Below, piece by piece: positions 28,053 through 36,821 of a stretch of 64,000 nucleotides of DNA. The stretch lies in the sequence record KY499642.1; one strand, given 5' to 3'. Numbering within the stretch: the first letter of the stretch is position 1; each line of letters starts with the position of its first letter. Made by a program: the position numbers and the translations under genes. The notes beneath the pieces were generated by a model that saw nothing but the letters and a program-made list of their open reading frames with translations, did no database searches and was not told the origin of the DNA.

Positions 28053-28469
28053 ATGAATGTTATACCAACATTAAACTCCAAGGGTTATGCTAAAACACCT
28101 GAAGAGAAGCTCGATGCTGTCTTACTGTACTACCAATCATTGAATCCATCAATGACCAACCGTTACCGTGGTAAGATTCGCTCACTACAGAATGCTATCT
28201 GGGAAGCTGGTACAGATAGTGGTAACATGGAACGTCTTACACGTATTGTTAAGGCAGACCTAGTTATGATCCTGACTAACAACTTCCCATCTGGAGCTAC
28301 TGTAGAAGTCACTGCTGAACCTTTATCTACTGATGGTTCAACCTACAATCTAAACATTAGTGCAACCGTAAATGAGAACGGTAAAACCTACGACCTATCT
28401 GGCTCATTGGATAGAATCAATTCTCGTTTCATGGAAACATTCAAAGTGACGAGAGTGAATACGGTATAA
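28053..28469 (+). CDS. Conserved protein, possibly T4 gp25-like baseplate wedge fold
   Basis: Start ATG 28053 with GAGG RBS (the track's 27996 start lies in the terminator). Helix followed by VEVTAE...YNLNISATV strands. Confidence 0.5.
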   Translation: MNVIPTLNSKGYAKTPEEKLDAVLLYYQSLNPSMTNRYRGKIRSLQNAIWEAGTDSGNMERLTRIVKADLVMILTNNFPSGATVEVTAEPLSTDGSTYNLNISATVNENGKTYDLSGSLDRINSRFMETFKVTRVNTV

Positions 28470-28517
28470 AAATATGCCGCGTTTTATGATCTGTATTAAT
28501 AACCAAAGGACAGTAAA

Positions 28518-29129
28518 ATGGAAGATTTGATGGTTCGTGCTGCGGTTGAAGAATCGCGCCAAATGACCGAACAACTCCGTGAACTCGATACAGATATCGA
28601 TATCACATTGGAAGACTTTGAACGTCGTGTTCTGCCACAGCTAGCAAACCGTGGTGAAGCTTTCAATGTTCAAGCATGGATTACAATGACTACGCATCCA
28701 AACGTGGGTATTCGTGTTCTGGATAAGAATGGTGATGTGAAGTACTACGTCCCACCATTCCTAGACAACGGCGAAATGCGTGTAAACAAAGACGTTAACC
28801 TGTCAGCGTTTGCAAGTGATTTGGATAACATCACCGCAGACCGCCCACGTGCCAAGGACTCAGTGCTGTACAATGTACTCCAGTCATTCAGTGCTAACGA
28901 TGAAGACATGGTTGTCTCTTCAGTAGAAGCTATCATGGCGCTGAACAAAATCTACGCCGACTACGACATGCCGCTGATTGAAGTGGATGATGTAATGCGT
29001 CAGGTGTATGTTAAGCTGAAAGGTACTGAACCAGAAGTGCCTGTCAGTAATGGTGAACCAAAAGTAGAAGCAAAGGCTAAACCAGTTGCAGAAGACATCT
29101 TCGAAGACGACGGTTTCGATCTCCCATAA
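28518..29129 (+). CDS. Conserved core hypothetical protein
   Basis: AAGGA RBS, 203 aa, acidic C-terminus. Confidence 0.7.
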   Translation: MEDLMVRAAVEESRQMTEQLRELDTDIDITLEDFERRVLPQLANRGEAFNVQAWITMTTHPNVGIRVLDKNGDVKYYVPPFLDNGEMRVNKDVNLSAFASDLDNITADRPRAKDSVLYNVLQSFSANDEDMVVSSVEAIMALNKIYADYDMPLIEVDDVMRQVYVKLKGTEPEVPVSNGEPKVEAKAKPVAEDIFEDDGFDLP

Positions 29130-30307
29130 TGTTAAATGTCAGACAAATAAAATTTAATGATCTACCTGCCCGACCGAATAGTGTAAAGCGTTATGGCGTA
29201 ATTAGTGATGTTCACCTAGGGCATCCTAGAACGCCGACGTGGCGCATTATTGAGACATTGAACAAGTATGTCACTAACGTGATGTTCATGTCTGACATTG
29301 ATGCCTTGTTTGTGTCGGGCGACTTATTTGACCGTCTACTTAATCTACCTACTACCGAAGTAGAAGATATCAATGAGTGGACAGAACGTCTACTACGACT
29401 ATCTAAAAGTTGTAGAACACCAATCCGAATCCTTGAGGGTACGCCTAGCCATGACTGGAAACAGTCCGCTACTATCTCTCAAATGAACGAGCTGTATCAG
29501 ATTGGTGCCGACATCATGTATGTCGAAGATTTGGCGATCATTGAAGATGAATCGCTAGGGATGACCATTGGGTATGTTCCAGATGAGTACCGTGAAAGTT
29601 GCGAGCAAACCACCATTGAGTTCAAAGAGCTGATGGCTACTCGTGGCTATGATAAGGTCGATATGATCATCATGCACGGTATGTTTGAATATCAAATACC
29701 AAAGGCTGCTGCCAAGTCAGTATCTCACTTTAAAGAATACGAGTGGGAAGAAATGGTGCGCCATGCGATAATCATTGGACATGACCATCGTCATAAAAGC
29801 AAAGGCAAGGTTGTAGTACCGGGTTCATGGGAACGATTGGCACATAACGAAGAAGATGACAAAGGTTGTCTAGTAGTAGATGTGGGTCATGACGTAACTG
29901 ATGTTTACCACCTTACTAATGAAGATGCGATGTGGCATATCACAATTGACGGAGTGAAACTCACAGACGTAGAAGTGATTGCTAAGGCAGAACATCAACT
30001 TCATCAGTTCGCTCGCTTAGAGCGCCCTATGGGGCGTCTCAAGGTGAAATACAACCGTAAGTATGATATCAGTGCAAGACTGTCGGAATGGAAGAAAGCA
30101 TTTACTGAGGTAATCGTGGAAGGGGCTAGCGAATCCGATGAGGAAATCGCGAAGTCTGAAATCGATGATGAATTTAAACTCAGTGGTGAAGCCATCAACA
30201 TCAATGATGAGAATATAGAAGGGATGATAATGCGTGAAGCAGAAGTTCCTCCTGAATTGATGGTGTACTTCCAGAAAGAGATTCAAGTAGTGAGATCAGC
30301 ACTCTAG
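29129..30307 (+). CDS. sbcD: SbcD/Mre11-like metallophosphoesterase nuclease
   Basis: ISDVHLGH, SGDLFD, EGTPSHD, MHG and GHDH motifs. Confidence 0.85.
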   Translation: MLNVRQIKFNDLPARPNSVKRYGVISDVHLGHPRTPTWRIIETLNKYVTNVMFMSDIDALFVSGDLFDRLLNLPTTEVEDINEWTERLLRLSKSCRTPIRILEGTPSHDWKQSATISQMNELYQIGADIMYVEDLAIIEDESLGMTIGYVPDEYRESCEQTTIEFKELMATRGYDKVDMIIMHGMFEYQIPKAAAKSVSHFKEYEWEEMVRHAIIIGHDHRHKSKGKVVVPGSWERLAHNEEDDKGCLVVDVGHDVTDVYHLTNEDAMWHITIDGVKLTDVEVIAKAEHQLHQFARLERPMGRLKVKYNRKYDISARLSEWKKAFTEVIVEGASESDEEIAKSEIDDEFKLSGEAININDENIEGMIMREAEVPPELMVYFQKEIQVVRSAL

Positions 30308-30315
30308 GAGCAACC

Positions 30316-31143
30316 ATGGCACTTGTTGATATCAGCAGTCGCACGTTGGGTTGGTTTGGGGCGTCCATAGGGACGTCTCTTGCTTTCGAACGTATCACGA
30401 ACACAGGTGAATTTGAACAAACGTTTGATAAACCACCCATTCAGGATATGGAAAGTATTTGGATTAACCTACGCACCCTTATCCGTAATGCGCACAATGC
30501 TGTAGAAACTCAAGACCAAATTTATATCACCGGAACGCAGCTGTCAGAGGCTGTAGCGGAAGATTGGGAAGCTATCAATAATGCGGTAGCCGAAGTAAAC
30601 CCGAACTGTGAGCTCCGGTTATATTTATGTACTTACGAAGGGATTAATGCGGAATTTCCAAACGCTAACTTTCGTAATAACAGTACTACGAAACAACTTT
30701 CGTATGAAACCGTCGAACGCGACGTAATAAGTTATTTTCTTGATAATTACAGTGAAGAATTGTTGAAATTCAAATGGCAGCTTTCGGGCAGTAAAGGGTG
30801 TGTCTTAATGACGCACCTTCCCTTAGACTTGGTGTCTTACCCGAAATTTCCGTCTCTGAAACTCCTCGAATCGCACACTGGAGCAATCAAAGAAAGACGC
30901 CATTGGCACACCAAGATGAAGATCAAGAAAGATGGTCCGGTTATCCCGTTCTGTCGTGCTATGTTAGTCATCTTCGGTGATAGCTCAATGTTCTCCCCGC
31001 AGCCTATAAAGGCGCGAAAAACGTTGCTGACTATCAGTGAGAAGAATAAGTGGCATCCACTTACATCCATGGCAAAAATTGAGCAAGATGTGAAGCTTGC
31101 GCATGAGCCATTCTTACTAGATTTCATCAAGCAATACAAGTGA
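30316..31143 (+). CDS. Conserved core protein, possible PIN/5'-nuclease-like fold
   Basis: IWINLRTLIRN and acidic motifs. Lies between sbcD and chmC. Fold is inference. Confidence 0.55.
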   Translation: MALVDISSRTLGWFGASIGTSLAFERITNTGEFEQTFDKPPIQDMESIWINLRTLIRNAHNAVETQDQIYITGTQLSEAVAEDWEAINNAVAEVNPNCELRLYLCTYEGINAEFPNANFRNNSTTKQLSYETVERDVISYFLDNYSEELLKFKWQLSGSKGCVLMTHLPLDLVSYPKFPSLKLLESHTGAIKERRHWHTKMKIKKDGPVIPFCRAMLVIFGDSSMFSPQPIKARKTLLTISEKNKWHPLTSMAKIEQDVKLAHEPFLLDFIKQYK

Positions 31144-31235
31144 GGGTAAGGCGTTGCAGTTAATTTTAACGCGGCGTACTACCTTATGTAGAAACTCTTA
31201 AAATCAATTTCAGAAAGAAAATTAAGGAACAGATA

Positions 31236-31877
31236 ATGTCCCACATCAATGAAAACGTTCTTCAGCTACGTACTCGTGCAAATGGCGGTCGTCCGACTCT
31301 AATGAAAATCAACCCTAACCGTTACAACCGTGTTTCGTTCTCAGCACGTGTAGGTGAAGGTTGGGTGAACGCAGACCTAACAATCGATGCGTGGAAAGAT
31401 TTCTGTAACTACATCCGTATGGCTACACGCCTTAAAGAAGCGGATAGCTTTGCAATCCAGCTTAAGAAGAAAGAGCAGGTTTACGCAGTAGTAGTAGTTG
31501 GCCGTGATGATGACGGTCTGGTTTACGTTGAACTGGCTAACACAGGTGGCAACAAAGTTCGCTTTGACTTCCTGCCTAAGCATCAGTTCATCCACATGCG
31601 CTCTGGTAAACCAATGCCAGAGTCTGAACTGTCTCGTAACCGTGCAATGGCATGGGCTGATCTGGTTGAGCCAATGGTTATTGAACTGTGGAAACGTGAC
31701 TACAAAACCGATGATGCTGGTCCACAAGGCGGCGGTCAACGCGGTAACTACAATGGCGGTGGTAACCGTGGTGGTTATAACAACGGTGGTGGCAACCGTG
31801 GTAACTACGGCGGTGGTAACCAGCCACAAGCACAGCCTCAAGCAATCGATGGCGACTTAGACGATTACCTACCATAA
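31236..31877 (+). CDS. chmC: ChmC, shell-associated RNA/ssDNA-binding protein (phiKZ gp67-like)
   Basis: Beta-rich core plus Gly/Asn/Arg disordered tail (GGGNRGxY-like x3) and acidic tip. Immediately upstream of the sigma-like subunit and picA. Confidence 0.72.
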   Translation: MSHINENVLQLRTRANGGRPTLMKINPNRYNRVSFSARVGEGWVNADLTIDAWKDFCNYIRMATRLKEADSFAIQLKKKEQVYAVVVVGRDDDGLVYVELANTGGNKVRFDFLPKHQFIHMRSGKPMPESELSRNRAMAWADLVEPMVIELWKRDYKTDDAGPQGGGQRGNYNGGGNRGGYNNGGGNRGNYGGGNQPQAQPQAIDGDLDDYLP

Positions 31878-31889
31878 GAGTAGATGAAC

Positions 31890-31915
31890 TAGGTAGGTGC
31901 TACGGCACCTACCTA
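31890..31915 (+). other. 11-bp hairpin with UACG tetraloop after chmC (terminator or 3' stabiliser)
   Basis: TAGGTAGGTGC-TACG-GCACCTACCTA, no U-tract. Confidence 0.65.
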
Positions 31916-31929
31916 AACAAATTTTAAAT

Positions 31930-31945
31930 ATATTTCATATAAGTG
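31930..31945 (+). promoter_or_regulatory. Candidate early promoter motif
   Basis: ATATTTCAT-ATAA-GTG upstream of the sigma-like/picA operon. Confidence 0.7.
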
Positions 31946-31962
31946 GAATTAAGCTTTGGGAG

Positions 31963-33549
31963 ATGTTTGACGTGCACTTAGTATTAAAAAATGAAACTAT
32001 GTGTCTAGTCCACGATGGACAAGAATTAGACTTCGGTCAGTTTAAACCGAAGAAACCAAATAGTGAAGACCCGGCGGTCAAGAAACTCTCAATGACTCAG
32101 TATGTGAAGAAACTTTCAGATGCGATGTTCTGCGAGATAAATGGCTACTGGAAAACACTTCCTAAGGAGGAACTCGACGAGCTATTCGAACTGTATGAAA
32201 TTGCACACGAAGATATCATTGAGTCACCGACTCAGTCAGAACGTTACACCAACGTTCGTGAAGGTATCAACAAAATCGTAGACCGCTACCATCGCTTTGA
32301 AGATATGGCGGACTTCATGAAGGATAAACCAATTATCCCTACTGACAATGTGAAAGAATCATTCGACAGTAGCATTCATGACACAATCTCAAGACAGACA
32401 ACTTACATCATGTCTGAGTATCGTGACTTGGCAATCCTGACAGTCATCCTGCGTTCCGTGGCACCTATCTGGAACTTGACTAGCCGCATGACTACCGTGG
32501 CTAATGAAAAGGCTGGTAAGGTTTACCACGAAATTGAAATGTTCAGCATGTTGGCAAACACTGACCTAATCGACTGTGAAGCATTCCGTCGACTAGAAGA
32601 GTTTGTTAATGCGCAATGGGACAAGTTTGAGACAGGGCGAAATAAGCAGGAAGCTAAGAACTCGATTCTTAGTTCTGTTGTAGCTGGCTTAGGTACATCT
32701 GACATTCCTAACTACTTGTTAGCAACGTCGGTAGTAAACAAGCTGGCAGTGCGTGAAGTTAACACGTTCAGAGATGAAGGTGACTTAATTACTCACGTGT
32801 ATCAGCGTATCGATACAGAGGTGAAGAAGCTGGCGGTGAAGTTCGCTCGGTTGAAGCCAAAGGTCGATAAGCGAATGGGTGAGGATGAAGATAAGACGGG
32901 TTACTTAGAATCATTCCGCACTCGTGAAATGGTACGCCGAGATGTACACATGTTAGTGCAGTACTATCTGTACGACTACCGTGCAGCTAAGCGTGCTTTA
33001 GATGAGGAGATTCCTGCATCGCTTGTTAAGGCGTGTATTGAATCGTTCCAAGAGTACAAGCCCGTACCGATTCGTTCTGACCAGTGCGTAATCGTACAAT
33101 GGGTATTGGGTAAGATTGTTCATCCTCGTGCAATCCCACACATTGATCGTACTGCTATGATTAATGCAATGGGTATTACACAGGCGGCTTTGATTCATTG
33201 GCGTATGCGAGACATCGCAGTGTTGATGAGTTCAAAACCTGCACCATCTGATCCAGACTCTATCCTTATCACAACGCCTTTTGATGCGGTAACTACGGAT
33301 GTGCGTCAGCGCCTTGCTGAAACGTACCCTTACTACCGACATTCAAAGACGACTACATCAAGACGACAGATGTGTCCTGGCCTGCAAGCGTTGGAAGCAT
33401 ACACTAAGATGTTTGCTGACCAAGAATGGGATTTGAATTGCACGAAAAGAATAAGCGAAGACTTACGTCAAGAACCGGGCCGATTCAAACCATCTCGCAG
33501 ACTCAAGAACGAATTAGCAGAACTGCTAATCAAAATCAATCGTCGTTAG
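31963..33549 (+). CDS. nvRNAP sigma-like promoter-specificity subunit (phiKZ gp68-like)
   Basis: ~525-aa helical protein between chmC and picA. Start is ATG 31963 or GTG 31972 (GGGAG RBS). Confidence 0.72.
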   Translation: MFDVHLVLKNETMCLVHDGQELDFGQFKPKKPNSEDPAVKKLSMTQYVKKLSDAMFCEINGYWKTLPKEELDELFELYEIAHEDIIESPTQSERYTNVREGINKIVDRYHRFEDMADFMKDKPIIPTDNVKESFDSSIHDTISRQTTYIMSEYRDLAILTVILRSVAPIWNLTSRMTTVANEKAGKVYHEIEMFSMLANTDLIDCEAFRRLEEFVNAQWDKFETGRNKQEAKNSILSSVVAGLGTSDIPNYLLATSVVNKLAVREVNTFRDEGDLITHVYQRIDTEVKKLAVKFARLKPKVDKRMGEDEDKTGYLESFRTREMVRRDVHMLVQYYLYDYRAAKRALDEEIPASLVKACIESFQEYKPVPIRSDQCVIVQWVLGKIVHPRAIPHIDRTAMINAMGITQAALIHWRMRDIAVLMSSKPAPSDPDSILITTPFDAVTTDVRQRLAETYPYYRHSKTTTSRRQMCPGLQALEAYTKMFADQEWDLNCTKRISEDLRQEPGRFKPSRRLKNELAELLIKINRR

Positions 33550-33591
33550 AGCTAATAAACAAACCACTTTTATTCATAAGGAAACACATAC

Positions 33592-35160
33592 ATGAACTTT
33601 ATCAGTCTTAAGCTTATCGAAGTTGGCGGTCTAGAGAAACAATCTCGCCGAGTATTTGAGTGGCAACGCTCAGGTAACTTCGTTAACGATATTGTTGATG
33701 TGGTTGAGCGTACTGGCGGACGTCTAAGCGTAGACAGCTTCGTTGGTATTGCATCTGATGCATTGACCATCTCAACAGACGTTGAGGAGGTTTATGTACC
33801 GGGCATTGGTAGCGGACGTGATTGGGAAGAGCGCCGTTTCCGTTTCTTCTTAGAGATGGAGCTAGAACCAATGACTCGCTATAATAAGAAGCGTACTCGC
33901 GCTCTTATTCAGGGCTACACCGACCACTCAGACTTGTCACATAACGACAAGGTCGACCCTAAGATGAAGATGTACATCAACAACGTAACTACTGTTCAGG
34001 ATTTCTCTGACGGTGCTCGTGGTACAGTTACCCGTGTTGTTGACGTATCTCAAACGCTACTGGGCGACATGTCCCGTGGTGAAGATTTCCTACTCCGTCC
34101 ATCGGATGTATTTGCACGTATCGAGAATAAAGAAGACTCGATTGCAGATGACTTGGAACTGGATGTAATGGTTGATACTCGTAGTTCGTTCCACTCGGGT
34201 ACTCAGCTAAACGATCGTCGTAGTAATGCATCAAGCAACTACCTGCACAAGTTGGTAACATCAGACTTGGATGCAGCTGCGAATATCGAAACGCGTGACA
34301 TGGGTATTATCCAAGATAACCGTGACACATTAGCGTATGAAACTGCTGGCGGTAATATCCAGACTGTACGTTCGAACAAGTTCCTACGTGCATTGGCTGA
34401 CAAGAACCGTAACTTCAAGTTCTCTAACTACTTCACTTACGCGGACTTAGCGGAGTTCGCAGGTAGTATCAAATCGCTTGACCGTGATACTGACATCATT
34501 CTACCAGATGGTTTTGGTGAGTTTGAATCAGAGCACTGGGATGGTGCAACAGCTGAAGTTAAAGCAGCGGCTCAGGTATGTCACCTGATCCCGATTATCA
34601 TGATTGACTGTTTCATGGATTCAGTCTCGTTCACAATCAGTAACAACGATTGTCGCGGCGATCAATCTGACATGGTAATCGAAGACATGACATCTATGCT
34701 AGGTGAGAACGTCCGTTCTCGTGACCATATCCGTGCATTCGAGACTCGCGTTAAACGTGAAGTGTTCTCTCAAATCACGAACAATGGCCACATGTGTGTT
34801 GACATGGATGTTGACTCAGAGATGTGTGGTATCACAATCATTGAAATCTCAATTGATGGTGACCCGTATGACCGTTACGTATTCCCATCATTCGCAGATG
34901 GTCTGCTATCTCCAGTTGTTACCAACGATGGTGAGAACGCAGAAGACATGGCAGATGGTTACATCGAAGTGCGTAAGCATGTAGATGAAGTAATTGGTCG
35001 TCACCAAGACATCTCACTAAGTACAGATGTACGTTCAGCCGTACGCGACCGTGACCGTCGCTCTCCTCGCTCTGAGCGTCGTCGTAGTAATGATGCACTA
35101 CTAGATGACGATATTCTAGGCGGTGGCAATTTTAAACTTTCTAATTTGGATGATCTATAA
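33592..35160 (+). CDS. picA: PicA/Imp1, phage-nucleus protein import factor (phiKZ gp69-like)
   Basis: 522 aa following the sigma-like subunit. RRFRFFLEME, LRPSDVF and YVFPSFADGLLSPV blocks recalled from this family. Synteny. Confidence 0.72.
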   Translation: MNFISLKLIEVGGLEKQSRRVFEWQRSGNFVNDIVDVVERTGGRLSVDSFVGIASDALTISTDVEEVYVPGIGSGRDWEERRFRFFLEMELEPMTRYNKKRTRALIQGYTDHSDLSHNDKVDPKMKMYINNVTTVQDFSDGARGTVTRVVDVSQTLLGDMSRGEDFLLRPSDVFARIENKEDSIADDLELDVMVDTRSSFHSGTQLNDRRSNASSNYLHKLVTSDLDAAANIETRDMGIIQDNRDTLAYETAGGNIQTVRSNKFLRALADKNRNFKFSNYFTYADLAEFAGSIKSLDRDTDIILPDGFGEFESEHWDGATAEVKAAAQVCHLIPIIMIDCFMDSVSFTISNNDCRGDQSDMVIEDMTSMLGENVRSRDHIRAFETRVKREVFSQITNNGHMCVDMDVDSEMCGITIIEISIDGDPYDRYVFPSFADGLLSPVVTNDGENAEDMADGYIEVRKHVDEVIGRHQDISLSTDVRSAVRDRDRRSPRSERRRSNDALLDDDILGGGNFKLSNLDDL

Positions 35161-36380
35161 TGAATGTAATCGAGTTTTATCAAGCGCTTCTTGAGAGCAC
35201 AGGTCTGGTTGTAAGTGAAGCTGGTCATGTCTTGCGTCCTACCAAAGACCAAGACCCACTTCAAATCGAGGGGAAGGACGTTGTCCTTCCCAACAAGTTC
35301 TACCTAAGTCAGAATGATTGGTCTGACGTACACCCGTTCCATCCTCTATGTGAAGATGCACTAATGGGTCAATCGCCAACGTTCCATCTGTTGAACAGCA
35401 TCATCCGCATTGCATTGTCACAACGCTACGCAGCACTTATCAAAGACATCTTAAAGGTGGCTACGACTAAAGAGCTGCAACAGCAAATCAAAGACCCATC
35501 GGCAAATGAAATCACGATGGTGTTCCCTGACATGAAATCGGGTGCAATCAAATCGTGGACTTCTGTCTACGCAACGTTTGCACAGAACCAGTACTTCGCA
35601 GGTCTGTATATCTCACGCAACTTAGAGATTGATGGTCAGCAGTACCAGCGTGTAGGTACAGTACGCTACCCAATCTTGGAAGATGATTCTGAGAGCAGCT
35701 TGCTTGGTGTGAAAATCACTAAGAAAGATACTGCGGGTCTGCGTGCTCTAGTTGGTAAGATTGTAGAGCCAATTCCAAACGAGTTCGGTTCTAACTCAGC
35801 AGTACCTTACTTCGATACATTGATTCAGTTCTACGTTGCAATGGTTAAACGTTACAACGAACTGGTTGAAATGTTCGGTGATGTACTGTCAACTAAAGCA
35901 ATCCCAACAGAGTGGATGGAAGGCTACGATGAACTTGAAAAGCTTCGTAAGCGTATTCCTAAGCTACCGGGTAATGCGGGTGTTCGTGTAGACGCTGAAG
36001 AGAAACGTAATGCTGGCATCGAAGTCGAAGATGATGATGCATTTGCGAACGTTAAAGTACCAGCAACATCTCGCCGTAAAGTGGAAGACGATGATGATAC
36101 ACCACCATGGGATGAAGATGATGAGCGACCACAAGACCGTCGACATACTCCTAAGACAGGTGGTTCAATTCTTGACATGACTCATCGTCGTGATGATTAC
36201 GATGATGAAGATGACCGTTATTCTCGCCGCCGTGGACGTGACTCCCGTCGCGACCGTCGAGATGACCGCCGCAGCTCACGCCGTGATGACCGACGTGATG
36301 ATCGCCGTTCTCGCCGTGACCGTGGTTCACGTCGCGATGATCGTCGAAGCGGTGGTTCAGTACGTGACTTCTTGCGTTAA
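35160..36380 (+). CDS. Conserved nucleus-localised protein (phiKZ gp70-like) with RD-rich tail
   Basis: TAATG coupling to picA. HPFHPLCED block. C-terminal RRDD repeats. Confidence 0.65.
   Translation: MNVIEFYQALLESTGLVVSEAGHVLRPTKDQDPLQIEGKDVVLPNKFYLSQNDWSDVHPFHPLCEDALMGQSPTFHLLNSIIRIALSQRYAALIKDILKVATTKELQQQIKDPSANEITMVFPDMKSGAIKSWTSVYATFAQNQYFAGLYISRNLEIDGQQYQRVGTVRYPILEDDSESSLLGVKITKKDTAGLRALVGKIVEPIPNEFGSNSAVPYFDTLIQFYVAMVKRYNELVEMFGDVLSTKAIPTEWMEGYDELEKLRKRIPKLPGNAGVRVDAEEKRNAGIEVEDDDAFANVKVPATSRRKVEDDDDTPPWDEDDERPQDRRHTPKTGGSILDMTHRRDDYDDEDDRYSRRRGRDSRRDRRDDRRSSRRDDRRDDRRSRRDRGSRRDDRRSGGSVRDFLR
36186..36377 (+). repeat. Low-complexity coding repeat (RRDD/RRS)
   Basis: RRDDYDDEDDRYSRRRGRDSRRDRRDDRRSSRRDDRRDDRRSRRDRGSRRDDRR. 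Confidence 0.85.
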
Positions 36381-36384
36381 GAAA

Positions 36385-36423
36385 CAAAAAATAAATAGAG
36401 GGCATTGCGCCCTCTTTTTTTAA
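36385..36423. terminator. Bidirectional terminator
   Basis: AGAGGGC-ATTGC-GCCCTCT with flanking A- and T-tracts. Confidence 0.85.
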
Positions 36424-36744
36424 TTATAGTCCTGAGAGCTGAAGAATCTCTTCAACTGTACCCAAGTCAGGAATACTCAGGCTAGTTACATTTTCATTAA
36501 AGTCTTCAGGCGAATCGATGTCAGATAACATGAGAATCAACCAGTGTAGCTTGTCGTTGATTTTCTGCTGAATTAGATAGCCGTAAAGGTTGTAGTAGAA
36601 GGGACGTGCATCGTTACCAACGGTGTGGATACGCGTCTTTGGATGTTCTTTCAGGTACTTGCGATGTGTCTCAAAATGACGTCGGATTGCGGGATTTGTC
36701 CCAATCTCGTGATAGTCATAGGTAGTATGGTCAGTTACACTCAT
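36424..36744 (-). CDS. LysM-like / T4 gp53-like baseplate wedge protein
   Basis: ARPFYYNLYGYL...LHWLILMLSDIDSPEDF resembles the gp53/LysM pattern RPD..AY.LYG....W.IL..N....P. GAGG RBS. Confidence 0.55.
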   Translation of the reverse strand: MSVTDHTTYDYHEIGTNPAIRRHFETHRKYLKEHPKTRIHTVGNDARPFYYNLYGYLIQQKINDKLHWLILMLSDIDSPEDFNENVTSLSIPDLGTVEEILQLSGL

Positions 36745-36768
36745 GATGGCCTCTATTTAATTTAAGAT

Positions 36769-36784
36769 ATATTTCATTGAAAGG
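36769..36784 (+). promoter_or_regulatory. Candidate early promoter motif (variant)
   Basis: ATATTTCAT-TGAA-AGG upstream of nvRNAP beta. Confidence 0.55.
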
Positions 36785-36821
36785 ACTAACACAAGATGTA
36801 CAAGTAATGGGAGTCACCATA

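Noticed and set aside
31377-31875. Overlapping ORFs of 154, 120 and 65 aa across chmC
   Set aside because: Shadow frames produced by the Gly/Asn codon repeats.
31897-31962. N-terminal extension of the sigma-like subunit
   Set aside because: It overlaps the chmC hairpin and the promoter motif, so it is upstream of the likely transcription start.
35924-36423. Several alternative ORFs over the gp70-like tail
   Set aside because: Shadows of the Arg/Asp low-complexity repeat. The repeat has no spacers, so it is not CRISPR-like.
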